Made by a program: the position numbers and the translations under genes. Shown piece by piece: positions 30,666 to 40,625 of a stretch of DNA of 64,000 nt; the first letter of the stretch is position 1, and every line of letters starts with the position of its first letter. This stretch comes from Candidatus Bathyarchaeia archaeon (GTDB lineage Archaea; Thermoproteota; Bathyarchaeia; Bathyarchaeales; Bathycorpusculaceae). Below the pieces are notes generated by a model. It was not told the origin of the DNA, ran no database searches, and saw only the letters and a list, made by a program, of their open reading frames with translations. The stretch lies in assembly GCA_049516875.1 (NCBI GenBank), contig JBEKSS010000001.1, positions 1 through 64,000 on the forward strand, in the 5' to 3' direction.

Positions 30666-32471
30666 TCACGCGGCCTCTAAAAAAACCATGTTTTCGAGTT
30701 CTTTGACAAAGTGTTCATACTGTTTCATACCGAGTTTCCAGAAGCTTGGGTCGCTGATGTCAAGACCGACCATTTTGCCGATTTCCAGAGGAGAGACGCT
30801 GCTGCCGGCTGAGAGCATCTTTTTGAATCTTGGCACAAAACCTGAGCCTTCTCCCAGATATTTCTGGTAGAGAGCGTACACGAACAATTGGGCATAGACG
30901 TATGGGTAATTGTAAAACCTGAAGTTGGCCAGGTAGTAATGCGGAACCGTGGCCCATTCGGCCTCCATTTCATCAAACCAGTCTACAGAGTCTCCGAAAA
31001 TCTTGCTCCTTGCTGCAGTCCAGTATTTGCATATCATCCGATAGTTCAGGTAGTCTCCTTGTTTAAGCGCGCTGTAAAGACTCTGTTCGAACCACGCTCT
31101 GGCGGTCACTCTGAAGATGGCTGAGCCCGCCGTATCGAGGACTGAGCAGAGTATCGCCTTCTTTTCCGCGTCTGACTTCGCTTCGCTGAGTAGAAGATCG
31201 GTTAGAAGTAGCTCTCCGAATATTGAGGCAGTCTCCGCCACGATCATCGGGATTCTCAGGTTCAGGATTGTCTGTTTTCGCTGAGAGTAATAATCGTGAG
31301 TCGCGTGGCCGAGTTCGTGAGCAAGCATGTAAACGTCACGCAGAGCCTCGTTGAAGCTGTCGAGTACGAAGGCGGATTTGCCGTTGTACCAGCTTGCGCA
31401 GAAGGCCCCGTTTTGTTTGCCGAACCTCGGTGAAGAATCCAAGTGGTTCCTTGCGAACATGTCTTTCACGGCTGACGCGTAATCTTCGTCAAACCTGCTG
31501 TATGCCTTGACGACCAAGTCTCTTGCCCTCTCATACTTGAACTTCGTGCGTGGCGCGTCCGGCAGAGGAGCGATTATGTCGTGACAGCCGAGCTTTGGTA
31601 ACTCCATCATTTTGGCTTTCAGCTTGAGATAGCGCCAATACAGGCCGGTGTGACTCTCGACTGCCTTCAACAGGTTGTCTATTACCGTCTCTTCAGTATC
31701 GTTTTCTATGAGGCTTGCATGTATGGGAGAACTGTACTTTCTCCTCTCACAGACGTTCAGCCAGTCGTTGCAGGTGTTCCGGAGGGCTGAGGAGAATATT
31801 TCTCCGCATTCTCCCAGCAGGCCGTAGATTGACCTGTATGCTGACTCCCGAGTGGCCCGGTCAGGATGAGGCAGCAGGCCGCCGGCCTCGCCGAACGGCA
31901 GAGTTTTCTTCTTGCCTTCAACCTCGACTTCAAACATCCGGGTGTTGAGCCACTTGCTCTGCAGCTCTTCCCAAGCTCTGACACCGTACTGATCCTTCTC
32001 GATGATCAGTTGCTCTTCAACCTCGGACAAATGATGAGCGGCCAGCCTCTTGAGCCTCTTAAGAGCATGTCTGTAGTGGGCTAGTGCCGGGTCAGAAATC
32101 ATTCTTGGATTCTTAGAAACATGGGCACCAGCTTCGAGTTCGAAGAATGCCAGCATCTTTCCCAGTTTCGCTTCCATCTTGGTTATCTTGTCATGAAGCG
32201 ACTGTGTTTCTGGCAAGGTCATGTTTGCCGCGAATGATAACTCAGCAAACAATGAGACATCGCCAAGTTTGGCGCGATACGCCTCGAATTCTTCAAGACA
32301 CCCTGCAAGGCGTTCTGCAGATAGGTTTCCGATTTTCCTACGATACTTCTTTGAAAAGCACTCTGCCATTTCGCCTAGGCTGTCAATGGCCTTCTGGACT
32401 GAAGTGTCCGTAGAGCTTGGGAATACTTCGGATAGATTCCATGCAATATCTCTTTTTGTCACAAGCATCAT
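30666..32471 (-). CDS. pepF: Oligoendopeptidase F (M3B)
   Basis: WNLSEVF, GKQNGAFC, LAHELGHATH, AETASIFGE, FYNYPY. Confidence 0.94.
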   Translation of the reverse strand: MMLVTKRDIAWNLSEVFPSSTDTSVQKAIDSLGEMAECFSKKYRRKIGNLSAERLAGCLEEFEAYRAKLGDVSLFAELSFAANMTLPETQSLHDKITKMEAKLGKMLAFFELEAGAHVSKNPRMISDPALAHYRHALKRLKRLAAHHLSEVEEQLIIEKDQYGVRAWEELQSKWLNTRMFEVEVEGKKKTLPFGEAGGLLPHPDRATRESAYRSIYGLLGECGEIFSSALRNTCNDWLNVCERRKYSSPIHASLIENDTEETVIDNLLKAVESHTGLYWRYLKLKAKMMELPKLGCHDIIAPLPDAPRTKFKYERARDLVVKAYSRFDEDYASAVKDMFARNHLDSSPRFGKQNGAFCASWYNGKSAFVLDSFNEALRDVYMLAHELGHATHDYYSQRKQTILNLRIPMIVAETASIFGELLLTDLLLSEAKSDAEKKAILCSVLDTAGSAIFRVTARAWFEQSLYSALKQGDYLNYRMICKYWTAARSKIFGDSVDWFDEMEAEWATVPHYYLANFRFYNYPYVYAQLFVYALYQKYLGEGSGFVPRFKKMLSAGSSVSPLEIGKMVGLDISDPSFWKLGMKQYEHFVKELENMVFLEAA

Positions 32472-32477
32472 CTTCTC

Positions 32478-33044
32478 TCAAGATTGTACGAATGGCGGGC
32501 GGGTCGCTTTATCCGGTTTCGCCATTCTCTTGACGGAGTCGATGAACTCGTCGGGGTCCTTGGGAGTGATAAGGTAGTTGCCCTGTTTGGTTTTTATCAG
32601 AACGCCGTCCCTGAAGTTGGTTAAGACCACAAAAGCTCTGCCGACGTTCGGAAAATAGTAGTATCCGCCATAGCCGCTTGCTCCGAAAAGCCTGATGCCA
32701 AACGGTATCAACGTTCTTTCGATAGATTCTATCGTTTCCAAGGAAACCCTTTTCGTGCCGCCAATGAACACGGATGCCTTCATGATCAGTTCACGCTGTG
32801 TCAGAGTGTACTCTGTTTTATGCATGGAAACCGTCAGGGAGATGATTATTATCTCCACGACAACCACGACGACCAAGCCCACCGTAAGTCCGAGTATTTG
32901 TGTCTGTGAGTACAGATAGGTGATAAACACGCCCAGAGCCGCCAGCAGCACAGCCGTCGCGATGTAGAACCATGCCAGCGGTCCCGAAACCTCAGGCCTA
33001 TTGACGACGCTCATTTCGACCCTGCAAAGACTGGGAAGTTGCAC
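32478..33044 (-). CDS. Membrane protein with bacterial PH-like domain; start probably at MSVVNRP
   Basis: Two TMs followed by TEYTL...IRLFGASGYGG...YLITPKDP. Confidence 0.75.
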   Translation of the reverse strand: MQLPSLCRVEMSVVNRPEVSGPLAWFYIATAVLLAALGVFITYLYSQTQILGLTVGLVVVVVVEIIIISLTVSMHKTEYTLTQRELIMKASVFIGGTKRVSLETIESIERTLIPFGIRLFGASGYGGYYYFPNVGRAFVVLTNFRDGVLIKTKQGNYLITPKDPDEFIDSVKRMAKPDKATRPPFVQS

Positions 33045-33091
33045 TTAATTAAGAGCGCGCTTGAAGTTGTTAACGCACGTTTCTTATTCCA

Positions 33092-33748
33092 CTAGCCATG
33101 CTGTGGGTTCTTGTGGAAGGTTCTGGTTTTTGTTTTGAGGAGCTCAAGGGCCGCCGTCTTTACTCCGAGTTCTGCTCTTATCTTTTCGTCTGCGCTTCCG
33201 ATTATTATGACGTCGCCCTCGTTCAAACAGAGTTTTGACAACGAAGCGAGAATGGAGGGCTCACTTTTTGACACGTCTTCCTCAGTACCGGGCATGGTAA
33301 GTCTGTTCTTGGTGAAGACTAGAGTGGTGGCTCCCTTTGCTCCCGCCATTATTGCCGCGTCTCTCTGTTCCAGACCGTATTTTATGGAGTCTTTCATCCC
33401 TGCCACTCTAACTGCAACATTGAAAAACCCAACAGTCAAAGATGTGGACGGAATGTCCATCTGCTCGCTTACAAGGGCTCTCAAACGGGAAAGCATCCTT
33501 TTTCCACCCTCAGACAGGGAAATACCAGATTCTGAAACATCAATCAACCCTTCATTCTTAAGATGTCTAACAAGAGTTCTGACCTCACCCTCCCCCACGT
33601 GGAGATCTCTTGAGAGTTTCAACCGACCCACGCTTTCTTGGAGGCTGATCTCTTCCAAAGCTTTCACAACGTGGGCTTCAGCAAAAGAAGGCGAACGTCC
33701 AGGTGCGATTTTCCCTGCAACCTTGGTGATTACTTCAATGGAGTCCAC
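33092..33748 (-). CDS. wHTH / DUF4443-like protein
   Basis: VGRLKLSRDLHVGEGEVRTLVRHLK HTH; GLEQRDAAIMAGAKGATTL. Confidence 0.75.
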   Translation of the reverse strand: MDSIEVITKVAGKIAPGRSPSFAEAHVVKALEEISLQESVGRLKLSRDLHVGEGEVRTLVRHLKNEGLIDVSESGISLSEGGKRMLSRLRALVSEQMDIPSTSLTVGFFNVAVRVAGMKDSIKYGLEQRDAAIMAGAKGATTLVFTKNRLTMPGTEEDVSKSEPSILASLSKLCLNEGDVIIIGSADEKIRAELGVKTAALELLKTKTRTFHKNPQHG

Positions 33749-33856
33749 GTGTATTCTCCTCGCACATAGGCTATTGTTAGTTAAATATAGGAATTAATGA
33801 ACTTTTAAGATGTTTAAACGAGCAGGCTGTAAAAAAAGAAAGGAAGAGCTGCAGTT

Positions 33857-34405
33857 TCACGAAGGCGAAGTCGGCCACGGATTGTAGCTCTGATAAGTGA
33901 AGGCAATAGTATCTTCTCCATGAAGTATGAGCTGTGCACATGAATAATTCGGACTTGTCCATGTTGTTGTTTCGGCAGGTTCGCACCAGAAGAACCATCC
34001 GCGTCCAAGCGTCGGATTATTCGCCAGGCCGTTTATCGATGTGACTAATACCCCCAAGGTTCCTCCGTAGTCCGTGTAATTCACGTCCGATGTCACGAGC
34101 CGCAAGGCAGTAAATGCTGTTGTACCAAGAGGAAGTGCGGTGTTGTTAAACCACGTTCTTGTCCCATTGCCGTAGCTCACAAGAATATTGACTCGTAAAG
34201 ACAGGGAGTTCATGACATCTGAAAGGTTCCCCATTGAACCAGTAACATTCCCCATCGCGCCGGTGAGATTCTCTATTGCACGTGAAAGCACGTTTATCTC
34301 GCCCAGTAGGTTATTGTACTCATTCTGGTAAGTGTTGTATTGCGTGGAGTAGTAACCGGCTATGGCGGTACCGCAAATTGCCCAGACCAGAAGAGCCAAG
34401 ATCAC
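33857..34405 (-). CDS. Membrane-anchored DUF4430-like (transcobalamin C-terminal-like) protein
   Basis: TM + coiled coil + TAFTAL...GVLVTSINGLAN...GWFF...GEDTIAF. Confidence 0.68.
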   Translation of the reverse strand: MILALLVWAICGTAIAGYYSTQYNTYQNEYNNLLGEINVLSRAIENLTGAMGNVTGSMGNLSDVMNSLSLRVNILVSYGNGTRTWFNNTALPLGTTAFTALRLVTSDVNYTDYGGTLGVLVTSINGLANNPTLGRGWFFWCEPAETTTWTSPNYSCAQLILHGEDTIAFTYQSYNPWPTSPS

Positions 34406-34977
34406 GTATGTAAAGACTCTTTTTTCCAGACTTGTTCACCTCCAAAGAGTTTTTGCATCGCTTTTGTGACAGGGACGAAACCTGCTCCAAAGATGACAGT
34501 GTTGGAAACAACATGTGTTAACGAAAGAAAGGCACCAGAAACAAGTACGGCTACATACGTCGGCAAAACCGGCTGACCGTTCAGCATCGAAGGCATTGCA
34601 TACGCAAAATTGGTGAGTGCATCATAGACAAGGGTAAGAAAGGCCCCCAGAACCGCCGTTTCAAAACACGACTGCGCATCATAAGAACCATTTCTCGAGC
34701 GCCTGTACAGGCCGCCGGCCACCCCTGCCAGTGCCATTCCAACCATTTGAAACGGCAGGATCAAGCCGGCAAACCCTGAAGGCGAAACAAATCCGTTGAT
34801 AAACATTACAAAAGCCCCCAAACCGACGCCGAAAGACATTCCAATAACAGCGCTGGCCAAGAAAGAAATCAAAGTAGTGAACTCCACGTTCGGAGGACGA
34901 GGCGTCAACTGGATACCTGTACACATGGCAGCCAGAACAGCGAAGAGCGCGAGATGGCGAACCGTGAAGCGACGCAT
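34402..34977 (-). CDS. ECF transporter S component
   Basis: MRRFTVRHLALFAVLAAMC...PPNVEFTT...HVVSN; six TMs. Confidence 0.8.
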   Translation of the reverse strand: MRRFTVRHLALFAVLAAMCTGIQLTPRPPNVEFTTLISFLASAVIGMSFGVGLGAFVMFINGFVSPSGFAGLILPFQMVGMALAGVAGGLYRRSRNGSYDAQSCFETAVLGAFLTLVYDALTNFAYAMPSMLNGQPVLPTYVAVLVSGAFLSLTHVVSNTVIFGAGFVPVTKAMQKLFGGEQVWKKESLHT

Positions 34978-35041
34978 GAAGTATGGTTGGATAATCCAGC
35001 CATATAACCTTTTCCGCCCGGAATATTCAACCACACAAGAA

Positions 35042-35749
35042 GCGCGCGCGAGAGAGAAGTCGAGAATCTACAAGGCGCCCATGACCATAGTGTTGGTCAT
35101 CGACTTGAGCAAGTCCATGATGGAAAGCATCGAGAACGTGAAGGGGGCCGTTCTGCGACTGCACGCAGACGCCTATCGTTACCGGGACAAAGTGAGGGTT
35201 GTGGCTATGAAGGGCATAAACGCGGTTGTTGCCCAGCACCCCATAACCAACCTGCGAGTTGTGGCGAACAAGCTTCTGAAACTGCACGTTAGTAGATTCA
35301 CTCCGTTGGCTGCGGGAATGCTGAAGGCCATCGAGGTTTTGAAGGAAGAAAAACGCAGAGACAGGTCGACGATCCCGGTCATGGTTATCGTGACAGACGG
35401 GAACGCCAACGTTCCACTGATAAAGAGTCTGCAGACGAGTGAGGTGCGCACGTTTGACCCCCTCGACGCAGCATTCTTCAACTATGAAGACATGGCAGTA
35501 GACGATGTCATTTCGGTTTCCCAGGTTACTAGGAAAGAAGGGATTCACACGGTTGTAGTCAACACGAACCAGGCTACTGCGGAATGGCAGTACCCCGGTG
35601 TGCTGCTGACCGAAAAGATAGCCGAAATCACCAAGGGCAGCCATCACGAGGTCGGCGGCATAACGGAGCGGGAGCAAGCTGTCGATGAAATATATGAGGC
35701 AATAGCACAAGATGAACGCCTGATAGCCCACGAAGCCTCCTCGAAATAA
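35042..35749 (+). pseudogene. 5'-truncated vWA domain gene (ChlD/BchD-like C-terminus)
   Basis: VLVIDLSKSM MIDAS, TPLAAG, VIVTDGNANVP; upstream in-frame sequence is merely antisense to the ECF gene. Confidence 0.7.
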
Positions 35750-35838
35750 TGAAAGCCATTCTCTCTACTCTCTTTCAGAAGATTTCAAAGTGTGCGCTTT
35801 TCGTGCTTCTGCCCCTGGAAAATCGGTGTACACCGGGC

Positions 35839-36177
35839 CTAGCAGGATTTCTTTTGTGATGCCCTGATGAGACCGATGGCCTCTGCAAGAGTCAGTTTTG
35901 ATTTCGGATCTATTTCCAAGCTTGTCAGCAGTTTTTCCACAATCTCTGTTTCAAGCAGATCCGCCGCTTGGTCTCCGAAAATCAGGGTTAGCCCCTTGCG
36001 GAACAGTTCGGGCTTCTGGGGGATTTCTTTTTTCTTCAGGCCGATGTTTGTTTCGAAATAATTAGTTAGAGCTTGTTTTCCGCTTTTTCCAAGCGTTTCC
36101 AGTACCTCGTCGATACACTGCGATATCTTGCGTCTGGTCTCTGGATCAAGGGACATGGAGTTTAGTTCTAGAACCAA
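35839..36177 (-). CDS. Small helical protein, NitrOD5/DUF3227-like output domain
   Basis: IDEVLETLGKSGKQAL..YF....GL...EIP.KPE.F..GL..IFG..A..LE pattern. Confidence 0.6.
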   Translation of the reverse strand: MVLELNSMSLDPETRRKISQCIDEVLETLGKSGKQALTNYFETNIGLKKKEIPQKPELFRKGLTLIFGDQAADLLETEIVEKLLTSLEIDPKSKLTLAEAIGLIRASQKKSC

Positions 36178-36247
36178 GCATATATAAGCTTTATTTTCGT
36201 CGGAGCAAACTCTTTATTGGCGACAAATCTAAAAGGAGGTGGTATGC

Positions 36248-36379
36248 TTGAACTGGAGAATGTTTGTCACTCGACACTGGAAAGCCATCGCAATCGCGCT
36301 ATCAATCAGCTTGATTGTCCTATCACTCGCCACTGCGAAAGCCCTTGCAGAACCAATCGATTCACCGTGCGGACCGTAA
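36248..36379 (+). CDS. 43-aa secreted micro-peptide precursor (not in ORF track)
   Basis: GGAGGTG RBS at 36235-36241, TTG start; MNWRMFVTRHWKAIAIALSISLIVLSLATAKALA-EPIDSPCGP*. Confidence 0.72.
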   Translation: MNWRMFVTRHWKAIAIALSISLIVLSLATAKALAEPIDSPCGP

Positions 36380-36425
36380 GGCTAATATAGGGTATAACCA
36401 GAGCGCACTAACGGTGGGAAAGGGC

Positions 36426-37586
36426 ATGCCCAAACGATTTGACAACAAGAAGTTTGATAATCTTGACGTGAGAATTCTAGAAGGTCTTGCGGAATACGGA
36501 CCGAGAAACATCTCAAGAGTCGCTAAAGAACTCAACGCACCAAGGGGAACTGTCATATCGAGGATCAAACGCATGTCCTCCTCTTTTTACTTGAGGTTGC
36601 TCACGACTATTTATCACACAAACTTGGGAATGAAGAAAGCAGTGGTGTTCGCGAAGGCGATTCCTGGACGAGAGGATACCCTTTTCAACTGTTTGAAAGT
36701 CAACAAGTTTTACATATACTTGAGCCGATGCTTCGGTACGTTTGAGGGATGCGTTGGAATCTATGTTATTCCCGTGGAACACACGGCCGAGTTCGAAGGC
36801 TTCCTTTCTGAAGTGCAGAGGCTGGAAGTGACGCGGGGTGTAGAGTTGTTCTGGTCGACTTGTTTTCACACGGTTAATCGCACGAGAAACTGGTTTGACG
36901 ATGATAAGGAGACTTGGGTGTTTCCTTGGGAGAAGTGGCTGGACGACGTTTCTTCTTCAGAAAGTGAACTGCCCTACACGTTGAGAGACCCTGCGAGTTT
37001 CACGTTGAAAGCTGATCAAACTGACTTGTTTATAGTGAAGGAGCTGGAGAAAGATGCCACCGTGAGCTTGGCCTCTATGGCCAGGAAACTGGGAACGACT
37101 CTGCAGAACATTCGTTACCATTATGAAACACACGTCGTCAAACATGGACTGATTGAGACTTTTCAGATGGCCATGTTACCGTTCGACAGGGGGACGTCCG
37201 ACATGCTGTTTTTCATTTTCAGATTCAGCGACAGTGAGAAAATGGGCAAGTTTGCGACTTCTCTCTTGGACAAACCCTTCGTGATTATTCTGGGCAAGAT
37301 ACTGAAAGAAAACTCGCTGGTTTCTCAGGTTTATCTTCCCAGGAACGAGTTCCGCAACTTCATCGATGCTTTATCGAAGCTGTCAAGAGAGAACTTCTTG
37401 GAAAGTTACGAGTACGTGTTTCAGGACCTGCGCGTCGGGAAGTGGTCGAGAGAGACTGTGCCGTACGATCTTTTCAAGAATGGATGTTGGTTGTACGAAC
37501 ACTCGCAGCACGTGCAGGCTCTTCACGACTTAGCGTCAGACATGAAACGGGAATACGGTCAGGCTCGAATCAACCCGCAAGCCTGA
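36426..37586 (+). CDS. Duplicated Lrp/AsnC-like wHTH transcriptional regulator
   Basis: Two HTHs: DNLDVRILEGL..GPRNISRVAKEL and DQTDLFIVKELEKDATVSLASMARKLG. Confidence 0.85.
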   Translation: MPKRFDNKKFDNLDVRILEGLAEYGPRNISRVAKELNAPRGTVISRIKRMSSSFYLRLLTTIYHTNLGMKKAVVFAKAIPGREDTLFNCLKVNKFYIYLSRCFGTFEGCVGIYVIPVEHTAEFEGFLSEVQRLEVTRGVELFWSTCFHTVNRTRNWFDDDKETWVFPWEKWLDDVSSSESELPYTLRDPASFTLKADQTDLFIVKELEKDATVSLASMARKLGTTLQNIRYHYETHVVKHGLIETFQMAMLPFDRGTSDMLFFIFRFSDSEKMGKFATSLLDKPFVIILGKILKENSLVSQVYLPRNEFRNFIDALSKLSRENFLESYEYVFQDLRVGKWSRETVPYDLFKNGCWLYEHSQHVQALHDLASDMKREYGQARINPQA

Positions 37587-37603
37587 GTGCCCCTCAAGAT
37601 AAG

Positions 37604-38029
37604 CTAGACTTTTGAGCTTGCGCGTGTTAACGCTATGTCGAAAAGTTGCGCGATTTGGACGCCTGTTGGTAGTCCGAGAAGGAGGCCCTTGAGCGAGATG
37701 GCGTGGTAATGTGCGGTGTTGGGTTCGAGGTTTTTGGTTTCTTCAAGCCACCTGCGGAATTTGTTGACTTCGGATTCAACTTGTTCTTCCAGTTTCTTCC
37801 TTCTTTCTAGGGTTGCCTTGTTGTAGTTAGTTCTGCGTGTTCTGATTGTTTCAGCTATGTCGGTTTGGCTGTACTCTTCGTACAAGGTGAAGCTTTTCGG
37901 TGTTCTTTTCTGAGCTTCAAGTGTGTCTAGCGTGGACGTGAGTTCTTCGGTCTGTGATTGCATGAGGAAGAGCTTGCCAGGGCTGGGAATATCTTGTTTG
38001 TGAAGGCGCCGTTCATATTCAGAATTCAC
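37604..38029 (-). CDS. Hypothetical protein
   Basis: 141-aa ORF co-oriented with upstream genes; no motif recognised. Confidence 0.6.
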   Translation of the reverse strand: MNSEYERRLHKQDIPSPGKLFLMQSQTEELTSTLDTLEAQKRTPKSFTLYEEYSQTDIAETIRTRRTNYNKATLERRKKLEEQVESEVNKFRRWLEETKNLEPNTAHYHAISLKGLLLGLPTGVQIAQLFDIALTRASSKV

Positions 38030-38047
38030 ACTGAACCGAGTTGCGCG

Positions 38048-38185
38048 CTAGAAGAGTTCTCTGTTTCTCCTTACTATCTCCTTTGGGCTCGTTTCGCGTA
38101 CGTATTTTCCAGCATAGTAACCGACAAGCAGGATTGGGTATGCTAGGGGCAGACTTGCAAGTGTTATGCAGATTTGCCACTTCAT
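38048..38185 (-). CDS. Possible 45-aa membrane peptide
   Basis: MKWQICITLASLPLAYPILLVGYYAGKYVRE..., fills the gap in a minus-strand gene run. Confidence 0.45.
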   Translation of the reverse strand: MKWQICITLASLPLAYPILLVGYYAGKYVRETSPKEIVRRNRELF

Positions 38186-38259
38186 GGTTATTCTATGATT
38201 GAAGCTCGGATATTTAGATTTTCTGTTCAGGCCCTGTCCGCCGCGCTGGAAGCGGTGCG

Positions 38260-38745
38260 CTATTTTTGGTCGGGGTATTCTTCTACTTCGTTTGTGAGGA
38301 TTTCTAGCTTTACTCGGGCCTGCTTGAAAAATTGCTTTGTCAGGCCTGAGTCGTGGTAGTCTTTTTCTGCCACGACTCTTTCTATTCCGGCGTTGATTAT
38401 CATTTTGGCGCAGGCGAAGCAAGGGACGAATTTTGTGTACATGGTGGCTCCGTCGGTGGAGACCCCGTGCAGGGCAGCTTGCGTTATTGCGTTTTGTTCT
38501 GCGTGTGTGGTTCGTATGCAGTGTTTTGATTTGTTTCCGTTGGGATCGGTTGTTTCGGCCATCATGTGGCCGACTTCGTCGCAGTGTGGCAGTCCGGCTG
38601 GAGCGCCCGCATACCCTGTTGTTAGGATTCTCTTGTTCCTGACTAGGACGGCTCCGTTTCTTCCTCTGTCGCAGGTTCCTCTCGTGCCCACTACTTTTGC
38701 TATCTCTATGAAGTATTCGTCCCAGCTGGGCCTCTTGTCCACCAT
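38260..38745 (-). CDS. dCMP deaminase (ComEB family)
   Basis: RPSWDEYF, HAEQNA, PCFACAK. Confidence 0.94.
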   Translation of the reverse strand: MVDKRPSWDEYFIEIAKVVGTRGTCDRGRNGAVLVRNKRILTTGYAGAPAGLPHCDEVGHMMAETTDPNGNKSKHCIRTTHAEQNAITQAALHGVSTDGATMYTKFVPCFACAKMIINAGIERVVAEKDYHDSGLTKQFFKQARVKLEILTNEVEEYPDQK

Positions 38746-38754
38746 GGAAATCGC

Positions 38755-39486
38755 CTACAGCGCGCGTTCAAACAAGTCTTCTAAACTGGATAATCTGTTC
38801 ACGCTCTTGTCTTGAACTTTGCCGTCACGGTCAACTAAGAATACGGGTAGCCCGCACTTTTGTGCTCCTTTGTAGTCTGTTTCCATGTCGTCTCCGACGA
38901 AAACGGCCTCAGAAGGCGCTGTCCTCAACTTTTCTAGTGCATAGTTGAAAACTTCGGCGTCGGGTTTCATCCTTCTTAGTGTGTCAACGACGACAACGAC
39001 GTCAAAAAAGTCTTGTAACCCTACTTGGGGCAGTACGCCGCTTGTGTCACTCTGCAATCCGTTTGTTATGAGTCCTGTCTTCAAACCTTTTCCTTTGAGT
39101 TGCGGGAGCATCGTTTTAGCGTCTGGGTAGAGAGTTACTCTGGAATAGTCCCACCAGTGAGTTGCCATGAATCTTGCCAGTTTTTCAGTTTCTGAGTCGA
39201 CTCGAAGGTTGTGTAGAATCCGTAGGTTTCGCTGAACCCAGAACTCGTCAAGGAGTCTTGTCATGTCCCGAAAATTGAGTCCTTCCTCGGATTTCACCCA
39301 TGCTTTAGACACGTCTTCCAGAGAACGGTTGACTCCGCAGTCTTCGAGCATTCTCTTCATGACGTGGGGGACCTCGCTGTTGTCAATCTTGACCAGCGTG
39401 CCTCCCAAGTCGAAAAGCACCGCTTTCACGTGGTTTCTGCCGCTTTTCATTTTTCTTTCAGCAAGTGGATACTGCTTGCCTCTCAA
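38755..39486 (-). CDS. HAD-IA family hydrolase
   Basis: LFDLGGTL, LITNG, KPD, FVGDDMETD. Confidence 0.92.
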   Translation of the reverse strand: MRGKQYPLAERKMKSGRNHVKAVLFDLGGTLVKIDNSEVPHVMKRMLEDCGVNRSLEDVSKAWVKSEEGLNFRDMTRLLDEFWVQRNLRILHNLRVDSETEKLARFMATHWWDYSRVTLYPDAKTMLPQLKGKGLKTGLITNGLQSDTSGVLPQVGLQDFFDVVVVVDTLRRMKPDAEVFNYALEKLRTAPSEAVFVGDDMETDYKGAQKCGLPVFLVDRDGKVQDKSVNRLSSLEDLFERAL

Positions 39487-39506
39487 TTTAAAACCAGCGC
39501 GTGGTT

Positions 39507-40625
39507 CTAGGGACTAGCATGGATTGGTGCCCTTGGTTCCAGTGTTAGTGTCTCGTTGAGGGTGCTGCCGTTTCTGTTGATGTTCAGCTTTATTGTGTCG
39601 CCTGGGCTCGTGTACCTTTCCAAGTAGATTACGAAGTCTGCTCCACTGTTCACTTGCAGACCGTCGACTTGCTTTATCACGTCGCCTACTTGCAGTCCAG
39701 CCTTGTACGCTGGGCCTCCGGACACTATGCCTGTCACGTGCACTCCGTCTGTGTAGCGTGAATCGTACTCTATCCCAACCCATGGGTGGTCGTAGTGGCC
39801 GGTGGTTTCTAGGGCTGGAATTACCCGCATGAGGAGTACTGATGGGACGGCATAGGCTATTCCTATGAAGCCGTTGATGCCTGTGTTGTCGGTTTCTATG
39901 GCGAACGTCACACCGATGACGTAGCCGAAGCCGTCCAGCAGTGGCCCGCCGGAATTGCCCGTGTTGACGGCGGCGTCGAACTGGATCAAGTCGGCTATCG
40001 AGTAGTTTCCCTCGGCGGGTGGCACGGGCTCTCCCAGTTCTGAGAGTCTCTTCACTCTTCCCAGTTGGCTGATTATTCCCGAGGTCATTGAACTGCTCAA
40101 CCCGAAGGGGTTTCCGATAGCGTAGACGGGTTCTCCGACCATCAGCTGTGTCGAGTTTCTGATGGACAGGGGTTGTGATTGTGCGGGCAGCTTGTCAACT
40201 TTGATTAATGCTAGGTCGCCGTAAGCGTCGGGTGTTCCTGTGATTTGGGCCGTTTCAGCGGTTCCGTCGAAGAATGTCACATTGATGCTGGTGGTGCCCT
40301 CAACAACGTGGTTGTTCGTAACGATGTGTCCTTGCGAATCGTAGACAAAACCTGAACCTTCCCCATTATCAGTCGTTATCAACACAACTGAATACTTGGT
40401 TCGATTGTAGATTTGAACTGCAGACAGGCCGCTCGTCTGGTTGGCGTGCAACTCCTCAAGCAGCCCTCGAAGCTGCTCATCGTCACTTTTCAGAGAAGCA
40501 ATCTCTGATTTCAAATCAACATACATTACTGCGAGGCTTCCAGCCAACGCCAAAAAAACGAGGACCAAAACTGCAATTACCTTTCTGTCAACAACATATC
40601 CCGAGCTTTTCTCCATACGCATCAA
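39507..40625 (-). CDS. HtrA/DegP-like serine protease with PDZ domain
   Basis: TM; GSGFV, TNNHVV, DLALIK, GNSGGPL; PDZ GPAYKAGLQVGDVI. Confidence 0.95.
   Translation of the reverse strand: MMRMEKSSGYVVDRKVIAVLVLVFLALAGSLAVMYVDLKSEIASLKSDDEQLRGLLEELHANQTSGLSAVQIYNRTKYSVVLITTDNGEGSGFVYDSQGHIVTNNHVVEGTTSINVTFFDGTAETAQITGTPDAYGDLALIKVDKLPAQSQPLSIRNSTQLMVGEPVYAIGNPFGLSSSMTSGIISQLGRVKRLSELGEPVPPAEGNYSIADLIQFDAAVNTGNSGGPLLDGFGYVIGVTFAIETDNTGINGFIGIAYAVPSVLLMRVIPALETTGHYDHPWVGIEYDSRYTDGVHVTGIVSGGPAYKAGLQVGDVIKQVDGLQVNSGADFVIYLERYTSPGDTIKLNINRNGSTLNETLTLEPRAPIHASP

Noticed and set aside
33111-33797. Long antisense or alternate-frame ORFs (also 1186-1878, 35027-35731, 42204-42767, 61852-62709)
   Set aside because: They overlap well-supported genes and lack recognisable motifs; shadows of codon bias.
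34796-35041. N-terminal extension of the vWA ORF
   Set aside because: It is antisense to the ECF S-component gene and has no vWA character.
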